This document shows positions 27,372 through 38,930 of a stretch of 64,000 nt of DNA, piece by piece (the stretch's first letter is position 1; each line of letters starts with the position of its first letter). The position numbers and the translations under genes were made by a program. Origin of the DNA: Antechinus flavipes (Eukaryota); the NCBI RefSeq assembly GCF_016432865.1, contig NC_067401.1, positions 57,412,001-57,476,000 of the forward strand, written 5' to 3'. The notes under the pieces were generated by a model, which made no database searches, had not been told where the DNA came from, and saw only the letters and a list, made by a program, of their open reading frames with translations.

Positions 27372-27600
27372 TGGATCAAGTGTTGACCTAGGATCAAGAA
27401 GTTCAGATTCTATATCAAACATTAACTAGCTGTATGATTCTGAGAAGTCATTTAACCTCTGCTTGTCTCAATTTCCTCATCTATAAAATAGAGATATTAA
27501 TTACAATTGCTTCTCAGGGTTGTGGTAAGGATCAATTGAGATGATATTTGTGAAGTGATTTACAAATCTTAAAGTGCTATGTAAATATTGGTGGTAATTG
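27372..27600 (+). mobile_element. MIR SINE
   Basis: actagctgtatga...aagtcatttaacctctgcttgtctcaatttcctcatctataaaat...cttaaagtgctatgtaaat. Confidence 0.75.
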
Positions 27601-29451
27601 TTATTACATTTGTACAGTGTTGGGGGAGAAATTAGTTTCACTTCCATTATCTCACTTGATCATCAAATAGCTCTGACTAGCTCTAACTGCTAGTCAATTT
27701 TGTTTCTATTTTGTCATCCCTATTCTACATATAAAGAAACTGAGGTCAGGATGGCTTAAATGATTTCCCAAAAATCATATACCTAGTCATTCAATAAAAA
27801 ACACATAGACTTGAATTACATTATTATCTTTTAAGTATTCACAGTTGGTAGTCAATGATCTTCCCTTGTTCCCATCCCTGAGCCAGAAATATAAGGACTC
27901 TAGAGGAGGAAATTGCCTATCAATGCATCAGTTTTTACACTGCAATTTATAGTGTTAGAGAACTGCCTGGGATTCTGAGAGAGTAGTTCGTTTGCTCAGT
28001 CATATGGCTAAGATGTGCCCTATATAGACTTTGAACCCAGTTCTTCTTGCCACCCAGAAGAGCTTCCTAACATATATCACACTACATCTTATGTTCTCCT
28101 CAATCTCAGCCTGAAGAAATAAGCTACAACTTCCAGTTTGGGAGTGTTTTAAGCAATTTTAGGAAGTTTCTATCAGTTTATTTTAATTAAGATATTTTAG
28201 GTAAGTGGGTTTGGAGATCTCAAATTCACTGCATCTATACTACTATCTTGCCTAAAAAATACTTAAATCATACTTTTTGAAAGAATAATTTCTGAATCAG
28301 AGATGAGAAGTGATTTGATGGATTTGAAGTGGGAGGCTATCTATACAGATTCAAGAAAGATTTAGTGGAATTCATAGATCCTTAGCTGACAAATTAGTTG
28401 ATAATGTGACAACCAAAATAAGAAGGTTTTAAAGTATGCTTGGGGCAAATCTCTAAACTTGAAAAATGATGTATCAGCAATCAACCATTCAAGTGAACCA
28501 CAAAATATCCCTTTGTTTTCATTATCAAGAGACAGCATAATAGGGTTGAATGGGTCCCTAGCCTGAACATTTCATATGTTCTTCTGAAAATGGTGCACAG
28601 GCAATTAAGGCAAAGAAACAAAGTAGCAAGAAAGAAGGTATTATTATTATTATTGTTGTTTTCCCTTGATTGATTCTCTCTGAGAAGACAGGAGAGAGAC
28701 ACAAGCAGGGGCACATTGATAATTATGAACTAAAGGACAACATTTAAGATGCCTCATTTTATTTGATCTGAAGAACAATGGAAAGCCCAAGGATGTAACA
28801 TGGTTTCGTGACAAAGAGGATTTTGGCAGCAAAATGTAGGTTTCCAGTATGGATCTGTCCATCACTCTTTTCCAATAAACTAAGCTTTCATCTTCCATTG
28901 GTGCTGACACATTGAATCTCGGTGGAAACATTGTTAATAACATGGTCTTTGATGGAATTTGTTTTTAAACAAATATTTATTTGTTCACTTTTTTATTGTT
29001 TTCAGAAAGAGTTATTATGTTGTTTTTTAGACATGTCTAATACCTTTGTTAAAATACTGAGCCATTATAATCTCAATGCAAATGCCACAACATCCGAGGG
29101 AGATTATTTTAATACTGTTTTATTTTGAATACATTTCATTTACTTTTAAGCCACCATTGTAAAGTTATTTGGGTGATAGCTACATGGCTCAAAGCCAAAA
29201 GTTCACAAGGCAATGGTCTGATAGGTCTCTGAAGCAAAGTCAGAGAAGGCAAGGACAATTCACAGACTTGTGAACAGAGCTTTCAGTGAACTTATTCCAA
29301 GCAGCATGAAAATAAAGGATACATGTTCTCAGCTGGGTACCCAAGCACCTGGATGTCCATGACTTTGGCAGTGAAGACCATAGAGAATTTTCTATTTCTA
29401 TTTCTATTGCAGCATCCTCATCTACCTTGCCTTCACTTCACTCCCTTTTCT

Positions 29452-29634
29452 NNNNNNNNNNNNNNNNNNNNNNNNNNNNNNNNNNNNNNNNNNNNNNNNN
29501 NNNNNNNNNNNNNNNNNNNNNNNNNNNNNNNNNNNNNNNNNNNNNNNNNNNNNNNNNNNNNNNNNNNNNNNNNNNNNNNNNNNNNNNNNNNNNNNNNNNN
29601 NNNNNNNNNNNNNNNNNNNNNNNNNNNNNNNNNN
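29452..29634. other. Assembly gap (N); further gaps at 43394-43543, 52555-52686 and 54358-54491
   Basis: Runs of n, mostly flanked by low-complexity sequence. Confidence 1.
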
Positions 29635-29883
29635 CTCCTTTCTCCTTGTTTTCTCCCCCTCTATTTTCTTTTCTTTCCTTACTTTCTCTTCTTTATTTTC
29701 TTTTTCTTACTTTCTTTTCATTTCTTTCTCCTTTATTGTCTCTTTCTTTTTTCTCTCTTCTTTCCTTCTGTCTTCTCTCTTTCTTTCCTTTTCTTTCTTC
29801 TCTTTGCCTTTTTCCTTCTTTTTCCCTCCCTTCTTTCTTTCCTTCCTTTCTTCCTTCTTTCATATCTTCCTTCCTTCCTTTTT
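29635..29883. repeat. CT-rich low-complexity tract next to an assembly gap
   Basis: Pyrimidine tract running into the gap at 29452-29634. Confidence 0.9.
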
Positions 29884-31473
29884 TTGTACAATTACAGTAA
29901 AAATGTTGAAGAAGTAGAAAAGCTAAACTCCTCATATGGTTATGGAAAAACAAGTACATCTAGAATTAGGAAATCTGGTTCAAAAACCAAGGTGACCCTA
30001 AATTAGCTATATAATTTGTCTGAGAGTCAAATTTCCTCAGTTTCTTAATCCTTAAAATGGGGATAATAATGCTTTCAGGAGAGCAAGTATAATGTATGGG
30101 ATACAGAACTGGTCTCAATCAGAAAGATCTGGATTCATTCAGGCCTCTAATCCATATAGCAAATTAGGCAAATCAATTAAACACTCAGTCTCCAGGCAAC
30201 TCTGTAAGACTAAAAAGTTCTGAATAGTCCTGATCTCAATTAGTAAAGAGAGCTTCTATCTTAAGCCATTAAAATCATGTTTGATTTTTTAAAATGCTTC
30301 TCCTACCTCTCGTTTTGTTGTGAATTTTTAAGCACAATACAAAAGTGAATAGTAATTATTGCTGCTTTTTCTATCCATTAGAATACAATCATAGAAAAGG
30401 CAACAGGGTATTAAAAAAAGAGGGCTGGATTTGGAGCTGGTGGATATAGAATCAAATCTCAGCTTTAATATTTACAAACTGTGTAACCTTGGCAAGTGAC
30501 ATCCTTAACGTGAGCCTCAGAACCCTTATAAACTGGGAGGATTGCATTCGATGATCCTTTAGTTCTAAGTCTACAATTTTACATGCTCATCTCATCATCT
30601 CTGAGAGACATTCCTTAGCTACAGTTTTAATTGTTAATTGTATCCTGCCTATTCTTTCTAAATCCTTAAGTAATGTTACTCATTATTTATAGGTTTTCAT
30701 CTATGGGACCATTACCTTTATGATATATGAGGTAATATGTATATAGCATTTTGCAGAGTAAGCAGGATATCATCAAATTGAAAACCACTGCTAGGTCATT
30801 ATTACTGACCAATGGCAAAGACTATCATATTCATATGTGCATATATAGGCATCTCTCTACTCATAAGTTAAAAGAGTAGAATTATTAGATGCTACACTCA
30901 TAGATAACTACTTTTGGGTCCCCAAATACCTGACACAAAAGACCATTAACTCACGACATTTCTAAAAATTTGGACTTGACTTTAAGCTGAAATTTCAGGA
31001 TTCCGAGGCCTCTATCATTACCCAGTCACCAAAGCACCTTTTAAACTACAAGAAATAATACTATATTTGGAGGACTGTGAATGAAATGATTGTGTAAACA
31101 GTTTTTATTAGCATAACATTTTGTAAAGTTTTATTAACATAAAAAAATTTAAACTCTACACTTTTTCTCAACACCTCTCCTACAAGAGTGATTTTATTAA
31201 CTAGTCCACAGATACTGATTTCATATTCTGAGCAATAAGTAAATATATGTTCCTTCCTCTCTGATTTCCAAGAACCTATTTCCATTGGTATGAATATGTT
31301 ATAATAAAAAACAAAAGAAGAATACAGAATACCACAGATGATTTTGTTATTTATACTTGAATGAAAGCATCTATCATATAAGTGCATGAGTTCATATTTC
31401 CTAAGGTCATTTTAAACTTAAAAAACCCCAAATTTTAAAAATAATGAAATCACACTAGAATACATTTCATAAT

Positions 31474-31715
31474 GGGCAATTAGTTGGCACAGTGAATAGA
31501 GTTCAGGCCTGGAGTCAAGAAGATTCATCTTTATAAGTTCAAATCTAGCCTCAGATTCTTACTAGTTCTGTGACTCTAGGCAAGTCACTTAACCCTGTTT
31601 GCCTCAGTTTCCTCATCTATAAAAGGAGCTAGAGAAGGAAATGCAAACCACTTCAGTATCATTGCAAGAAACCCCCAAATGGGGTCACAAGGAGTTAGAC
31701 ATGACTGAAAAACAA
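31474..31715 (+). mobile_element. Mar1-type core SINE
   Basis: Same head, core and tail architecture, ending ggggtcacaaggagttagacatgactgaaaaacaa. Confidence 0.85.
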
Positions 31716-32059
31716 TGTTTCAAAATTCTAAAAACAAGAATCAATTTTATGATTTTAGTTCTTCTCTAATCATGTCATCATAGACTTTGAGTTAGTAGGA
31801 ATCTTAAAGATGACAATTCACTGGTACTCATTTTAAAAATTAGACAACTGAAACCCAGACAGGTTAATTGACTTGCCTAAAGTCACACAGAGAGTAAATG
31901 GCAAAGGCAGGATTTGATCAAGGGTTTTCTGACAAGTCCATTGTTTTTTCTAGTGTCCAGATGATAAGGTATACTTTTGAAGAGTGAAATTTAAAAAGTT
32001 TTAAATAATTATAAATACAAAATAAAAAAATATTTAGGAAGTGACTCCTTTTTGCAGGT

Positions 32060-32380
32060 AATTGTCATGGATGCTGAAGCTAAAAATCGAGAGTAGCTGC
32101 CCACAAAGAGCTTGTTACATTTTACTGAGAAGGAAACATTCTGAATGCAGATAATGAAATAAAATGTAATTTCATGGGAAAATCACTAAGGACTAAGGAG
32201 ATAGGAAAAGTTTTGCAAAGGAAATGACATGTGAGCTAAGCTTTGGAAGAAGCTAGAGATTCTAAGGAAATTGGGAAAAGGAAAGAAGAGAAAGGAATAA
32301 ATGTCAGGGATGGAGGACAGCCTGAGAAAGAGAATGGGATTGGGAAATAAAGGTTTAGATCTGGTGAATGAGAGCGTTTG
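32060..32380 (-). mobile_element. L2 fragment
   Basis: gcccacaaagagctt...gagctaagctttggaagaagctagagattc, purine-rich reverse-complement L2 body. Confidence 0.6.
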
Positions 32381-33136
32381 ACTTGTTCAAAGGGTGCTAG
32401 AAGGGGCATAGGAAAGGGCTTGGGCCTGGGATTTCATTGATCTAGAGTTACAGATTATAAATCTATACTCTTAGATTAGTTAAATTAGCATTTTGGAGAA
32501 TTGCCTAGAGCACTAACAGGTTGAAAAAGTTGCCCAGAAACATTTCATCAGAATGTGTCAGAGACAAGAGCAATATGAAATAATGCTAAATAAAGTGGGA
32601 TAATGTCATATAGGTTTCAAATACCTAGATTTTTCAAACTAGGTCCATCAGCATGTAGTCCAGGCTTTGGCAGCATAATACATATATGCATAGACACACA
32701 TATGTACACGTGTGAGCCCACATTCACACACACAGAGTGGAGAGAGAGACAGAGACAGAGGGAGAGCAGACAGAGACAGAAAGACACAGAGAGAAAGAGA
32801 CAGAAACACTTTTACTTGACACAAATGCATCTGGTGATACTACTCTCTTGTCACTGATGCTTTTAAGGAATTTCTCCAGCCAATTCCCATGGAACTGGTG
32901 CCCAACATGTACTTCCTTCCCTGGTGGTTTCTAAAAGCAGACAAAATCATTGCCCACACTGAAAATAATTGACATGAGTAATCCTCCTGCACAATTAGCC
33001 CTAAGCCTTCAAAATCTAAAGTAGTCTTAACCTTAAATGTCACTATGGAAAACATGACAGTTTCTTGTAACCCGTAATTACTATAATTGGGATACTGTAA
33101 CCCTTCCTATTGGATGGTATGAACATGTCTGTAAAT

Positions 33137-33372
33137 AGAGGTAGTAAGGTGGCACAGTGCCAAGAGAGCTATACTTGGAGTCAGGAAGGAATGAGATAAA
33201 ATCTTGCTTCATTTACCAGCTGTGTGACATGGGGCAAGTCCCTTAGTCTTTCTTATACTCAGTTTCCTTATCTGCTAAAATGGTATAATAATAGCACAGG
33301 ACTAGTCTAAGCATCCAATGCGATAATACATGGAAATCATTTCTGCAAATCTTGAAGCATCATATAAACCTT
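33137..33372 (+). mobile_element. MIR SINE
   Basis: ttggagtcaggaag...agctgtgtgacatggggcaagtc...ctcagtttccttatctg. Confidence 0.75.
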
Positions 33373-33991
33373 ACTTGCCCAAGTTGTTACATAAAGAAAT
33401 AAATCACTATAATTTGAAGGAGTCTTAGAAACCACCTAATATGACTTCCTCATTTTATAGAGGAGAAAACTAATGTCCACAGGGGTGAAAAAGTCCCCTC
33501 ACCTCACATTCATGTATCTAATAAGTGACAAAGTAGAAATTTGAGCCTGTTCCTCCTATCTCCCAGACTTGCCACTCTTCCATCTGCTTGTCAGATCAAA
33601 AGACCATCTTAATTTTCATTACTCTTTTGTAATAGAGGCCAGAATATGCACAAAGTCTGTTAATATACTCAATGAACTTTTCCTAAAACAAAGGATTCAT
33701 CATTTTTCAAGTTGCTAAGTAAGTTTCATCTTCTCACTTTTATCTTTACACTTTATGAAATCTTACTTGCATAAGTCAGATACAGGATGATTATTACAAT
33801 ATTCCCCAAACCAGTCAGACATATTCAAACCAAGAAACATCCATGGAATTATATTTGATTATTCATTTTCTCATTTCAGCAAAGGACAGAACAATATACA
33901 AAAGAAACCTAAAATATCTTCAATGGCTTCTTTTTTAAAAATTATTTTTAAAATGATTTCAAAAAGATACTTAAAAATTATTTATGAACAT

Positions 33992-34298
33992 GTTATTTTG
34001 CTTATTTGTTTTGAAGTTGGGTTTCCTTGTCTTGCCCAGTGAAGTAGCCACTCATGGGATAATTTCACAATTGATTGGCACAGGGTCTTTGAGCTTTTTT
34101 GTTTTCAACATAGACCACTATGCCCTTTCTTGGGCATTTTGGTGACAACTGCTCTCAAGAGCTCACCATATTGATGTCAAACAGTATAGTTAATGAGCTT
34201 TAGCCTACTGTAGCTCAGCACTTCCAAGCCCAAGTGATCCACCAGTCCCAGCCTTCCTCAGAATCAGGGATTACAGAGCATGCACCACCACATCCAGC
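33992..34298 (-). pseudogene. Full-length 7SL (SRP) RNA retrocopy with A-rich tail (P7SL-type)
   Basis: The reverse complement reads gctggatgtggtggtgcatgctctgtaatccc...ggctgggactggtggatcacttggg...gacatcaatatggtgagctc...gaaacccaacttc, then aaaacaaataagcaaaataa. It is colinear with 7SL, including the Alu 5' domain and the central S domain (CATCAATATGGTGA); CpGs have decayed to TG/CA. Confidence 0.9.
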
Positions 34299-35607
34299 AC
34301 ATGAATATTGATAATTGCCAGAATTCTAAATAACATCTCAAAGAAAATCCTTGTATGAAAACAAATGCCCAGTTTAATACAGCATTTAATATTTTAGAAG
34401 CCGGTCTTAAAGTAGGTCAAAGAATGAAGCCAACTCTGGTTCTTCCCACAACCCACATCTTTAATTTTCACAGGAGGGAAGCTATAAGGATCTGTACATT
34501 ACCAGCAAGTTGGAAAGAACCTTGCAAGCAGCCAGGTTCCAATATGCTTTCTTTCATTTTGACTGCTATGAAGTGGCTTTGATAATTTCCTTCCTCTTTC
34601 ACAAGAAAAGAAACTCTGAAGTACAAAATAATTCACAGAAGACCAATCTATTCATTGGTCTGGAGAATGAAGACCAACTGAGATTTTGTCAGCCACTGTT
34701 AAAAGGAGAAGCATTCCTATATGCAATATTTTGTTTTTTCATGTATTTTTTTTCTTTCAGGACTAGCAATCATCCCTTTAAGAGACCAAAAAGGCAACTG
34801 TGATCTTTTGAAAAATAATAGGGCTTTTTTGGCCTATTTTGTTGCCCAAGGAGCAGCGGACTTTACAAGAAGGGGGCACCCAGAAGGCTCTGCCCCATGT
34901 ATCTATCTGATATCATTATTGCTCTGTCACCAAATGTAGCAGTCACTGCAAAGGATATGGCAGAGTCTTCTTGAAGATCTTCTTCTAGGGAAGGAGCATT
35001 CATGTTTGTTTTGGTTAACTCACATATAGTGACATATGCAAATCTTGCATACAGAATATTTTATTATGATTTTAAAAACTCAATGAGCTTCAGAAAAGAA
35101 GTTAGAATTGGAGCAATCAACAGAAAATAGTTAAATAACTAATGTTTCTAAAGTAAAACTTGCAATAAAGATAAAGGAGAAGAAAATCACTTGTCCATTT
35201 TTAAGGAGAAAGCTGTTTTATCTTCTTCTCTCACTTTGTAATATGCCTTTTTTCCCATATATTTCCAGATGACCAAATCAAGACAACAACACATGCAGCA
35301 TGTCCAAGGTCAGTAGTTTAACCATGAAGGGGACAATCTGTAAGGTCTCACCCAGCTGCAAAACTATGATCTGGGATTAAAGATACCTTTAATCTCCTTC
35401 TTTACATCAAGAAGACAAGGCTTTTATACATTCATTGTAAAATCAGATCGAGAAAGCTATAAATATGGAGGAAAATAGAGCATCCTTTATATATAGGTTG
35501 AATTAGCAAACAAGTATTTACAGAGTACGTATTATGCACCTAATACTCTTCTGGTCACTGTGGGATACAAAAGAAGAATCAGATTTAATGACAAATAGGA
35601 ACATAGT

Positions 35608-35835
35608 GGGCAACTAGGTGGTACAGTGGATAGAGCACTGAATTAAATCCAGCTTCAGACACTTACTAGATATATGACCCTGGTCAAAACACTTAACCCT
35701 TATTTGCCTTAGTTCCTCATCAGGAAATGGGCACCAGGTAAAGAAAGAAATGGAAAATCACTCCAGTATCTTTGCCAAGAAAACTTCATGGACTTTGTCC
35801 ATGGGAATAAAGAGGTAGACATGACTGAACAACAA
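35608..35835 (+). mobile_element. Mar1-type core SINE
   Basis: gggcaactaggtggtacagtggatagagc...ctccagtatctttgccaagaaaac...gacatgactgaacaacaa. Confidence 0.8.
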
Positions 35836-38803
35836 AGGAACTTTGTAGTCTGATTCAATTACTTAATTTTGGTTAAGGAAAAGTAATTTCCTAAGAAAAT
35901 AAATGATTTGCCTAGGATAATAAATGAAAAAACCCAAATTTGAATCCAGAACCTAAGCTCAGTTCTGTTTACAGTATATCATATTATAGAAAGCATGATC
36001 TCCTAGGAATTTAAATCAGCTGAGAGAGAAGACATAAGACATACATAAAACTTTGGGTTAAAAATGAGTTTTATGTTCAATCTATCAAGACTTCATAATT
36101 AAAGTGCGCATGTATAGAGGCAGCCAGTCCCTAAAGACTAAAGAACGCAGGCACACACATCCAGCAAATAAGTATTAGAGCTAGGTTTCAACACAAACTT
36201 CCTAACTCTAACCACTACACCATATTGACAAACTGATATAATAAAGTGATAAGTATTACTACAATAAAAAAAAATCAGAAAACATATACTGTTTATTGCA
36301 TAGTATAGATAAACAAAACAGAGAAATATAGAATTAGAAAAGCAAGAGATAGATCATCATGGGCTGGTTTGTCAGTGAAGTTCACTTAGTGTAGATCTTG
36401 AAGGATGGGTTACATATGGTTTAAAACAAAGAAAGAGAAGGGTATTCAGAGTAGTACCAGCAAAAGACAAGGAGGCAAAAAGATAGGCTGAATGGAATGG
36501 AAAGTTTGTATTAAGAAGTAATGCAAAATAAAGTCATACAGTTATATTGGTCATTTAGAATTCAGATAGAAATATTTAGTCCATTCAGTCAGAGCAGTAA
36601 CTAAGGGAGGACAATCATTACTTTGTTTGTTTCATATCAATGAAGTTTTACATGGTTCTGATTTCACTTGCATTCCCTCTGCAGCATAGAAATAATTAAG
36701 TTCATCATTTAGTTAATAAAAATATTTAGTTAAAATGGAAAGCTTCTTTCTGCTCTGGTTTTATACCAGGTACAATGCTACTCCCCCTTATTCCCCAGAA
36801 TCCTGAGAAGGCACCTCATGGTATCCTTCTCATACATACTACACCCCTGCCTCTATTGAATTGCTTTGGATGCTAAAATTATTAGTTACAGCATTCTCAG
36901 GATTCAGTAGGCAGGAAAGACTCCTTGAAGACTCTTGAGCAAGAAAAAGTGGTGGTTTAGTAAAAATTAATCTGCCTCTACAGTTTCCAAAGAAGTAATA
37001 TATTTTGGACTTAGATTTTGCTTTCAAATACAAGTACCCTGACCAGAGAGGAAATTTTTCTTTAAAAAAAGCCAATAAGTAAGTGACCTTAGTGAAGGAT
37101 TAGAAGGGTGAAGAGGGGAAAATAAAACTGACAGATGTTTTAACACCATTGTCCTGATATAATGAAGGGCAAAGCAATCCAAATGAAAGAAACCTTGTCC
37201 CTTACTTTAAAAGTTTACTCATTTTTTGGAAAGATATCACATGTGAATAGGGACTATTTTTATATAGTTATGATGTCTGCTGAAAAATTCCCTTTCATAT
37301 GCAGTTTTAGGGAAACTGTTATTGATACCTTTTCAATGAGAATGCTAATTTCTCAGAGGCAACCAAATAGCCACCAGATGGCAACCTGAGCTGATCTCAA
37401 AACCATCAATTTCAAGCAGGAAACTCTATAGCCTATATAATATTCAATCCCTCAAGCCATCCAATTCTTCTGAAAATAGAAAAGTCTAATGGTTTCTCCT
37501 CTGCTTCTAATCTGCTGCACTTTTTGTAAGTTCCATTTTAACAGAGGAAAATATGCTTAACATCTAATATTTAGAACAAACGAAAATAACCAAGTTTTCC
37601 ACCTCCTGCCTCCCCCTTAATGGCAATTGATTTAGGAATGTCATAAGAACAATCCTTAATAGCACTATTAGGGTTGATGGCTATGCTTATCGAATATGTA
37701 TGAATACATTAGTATATTTCCTCAAGAAAATTCATTTTTGTTTCAAATTGTGACTGAGTTATTTCGAAAAATAGTCTCCCTTTTAATTATTTCCACAAAC
37801 ATTGTAACAATCTTGCTAACTATACCACAGAGTGCTTTATTTTTGCTCTTTTTTAGTCATATGAGCCTACTTGTAATTAAAGGCACGCGGCATTAATGAT
37901 GCTCAGAGTCTCAAAGGGAAACATTTAATGTCCACCTCATAATATTATGCCAGAATTATGTTCACAGAAGACTTTTTAATAATCTTTGTTTCCTAATTCC
38001 ATTTTGATTGGCTGTGAAATTCACAGCAACACTCAGGGGCTCACATTTCGACTGTCATCAGCACTTCAGTTTCATAAATTGTATAAATGCACCAACTTCT
38101 CCAGTCTGTGGGCTTCTTTTCAAAGCTTCAGTTTAAATTCTCCAGAAAATTAGCTGCAGGCTGGAGATAATTGCAGATAATTTTACCATTTTTAAGCCAC
38201 TGGGGCGTTGCATTGAGATGTGACAGAGAAGTTTGTCTAAACACAAAGAGCAAATCTCCGGCTTTTTATTGTCATCTCAGATCTCAGGAAGGCTCATAAT
38301 GTGATAGCACCATGTATGCAAATTGATGTTGTCATCACTAAAATGATCTTGAATTTTCTGACACAGTCAGTTCTCTTACCTAGTGTTCTTAATTGGCTTG
38401 GATGAAGGATAAGAAATAAATTAATACTGAGTATCATGGTTGGAATTATTATACTATGATGCTCTACTTCGAATTATAGATTTGGAACTGAAAGAGATCT
38501 TAGAATTCAACTAATCCAAATCCTTAATTTGCAGATGAAGGAAATGGAGGTCCATAAAAGTAAAGTGCTTCGTCCAAACATTAACAAACAGCATAAGTAA
38601 GTTTTGAACATAGGACATGTGATTCCAAATTCAGCATGTTTTCCACTATCTTCACACTACATAACCCTTAATACAACATTCATATTCAGACAATAAATAG
38701 CCTTCTGTGCATAACCTGAACTGGTTAAGAAATATATAAAGTTCAAAAAAAAGTATAAGTTGGGGCACCTAATCGAATAGAGTTTATCCATTTTATCCAC
38801 CCT

Positions 38804-38930
38804 GCAGTAGATAGAACACTGGCTCCACAGACACAAAGACCTGAGTTCAAATCCTACCTCAGGCACTTAATAATTGTGACCTTAAGTTAAGTCACTTAAT
38901 CCACACTATCTCAAAAATAAAGATAAAAAA
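38804..38930 (+). mobile_element. tRNA-derived core SINE with A tail
   Basis: gcagtagatagaacactgg...gacctgagttcaaatcctacctcaggcactt...aagtcacttaatcc plus A-rich end. Confidence 0.7.

Noticed and set aside
29323-30006. 227-aa and 157-aa ORFs
   Set aside because: They span an N gap plus a CT-rich tract.
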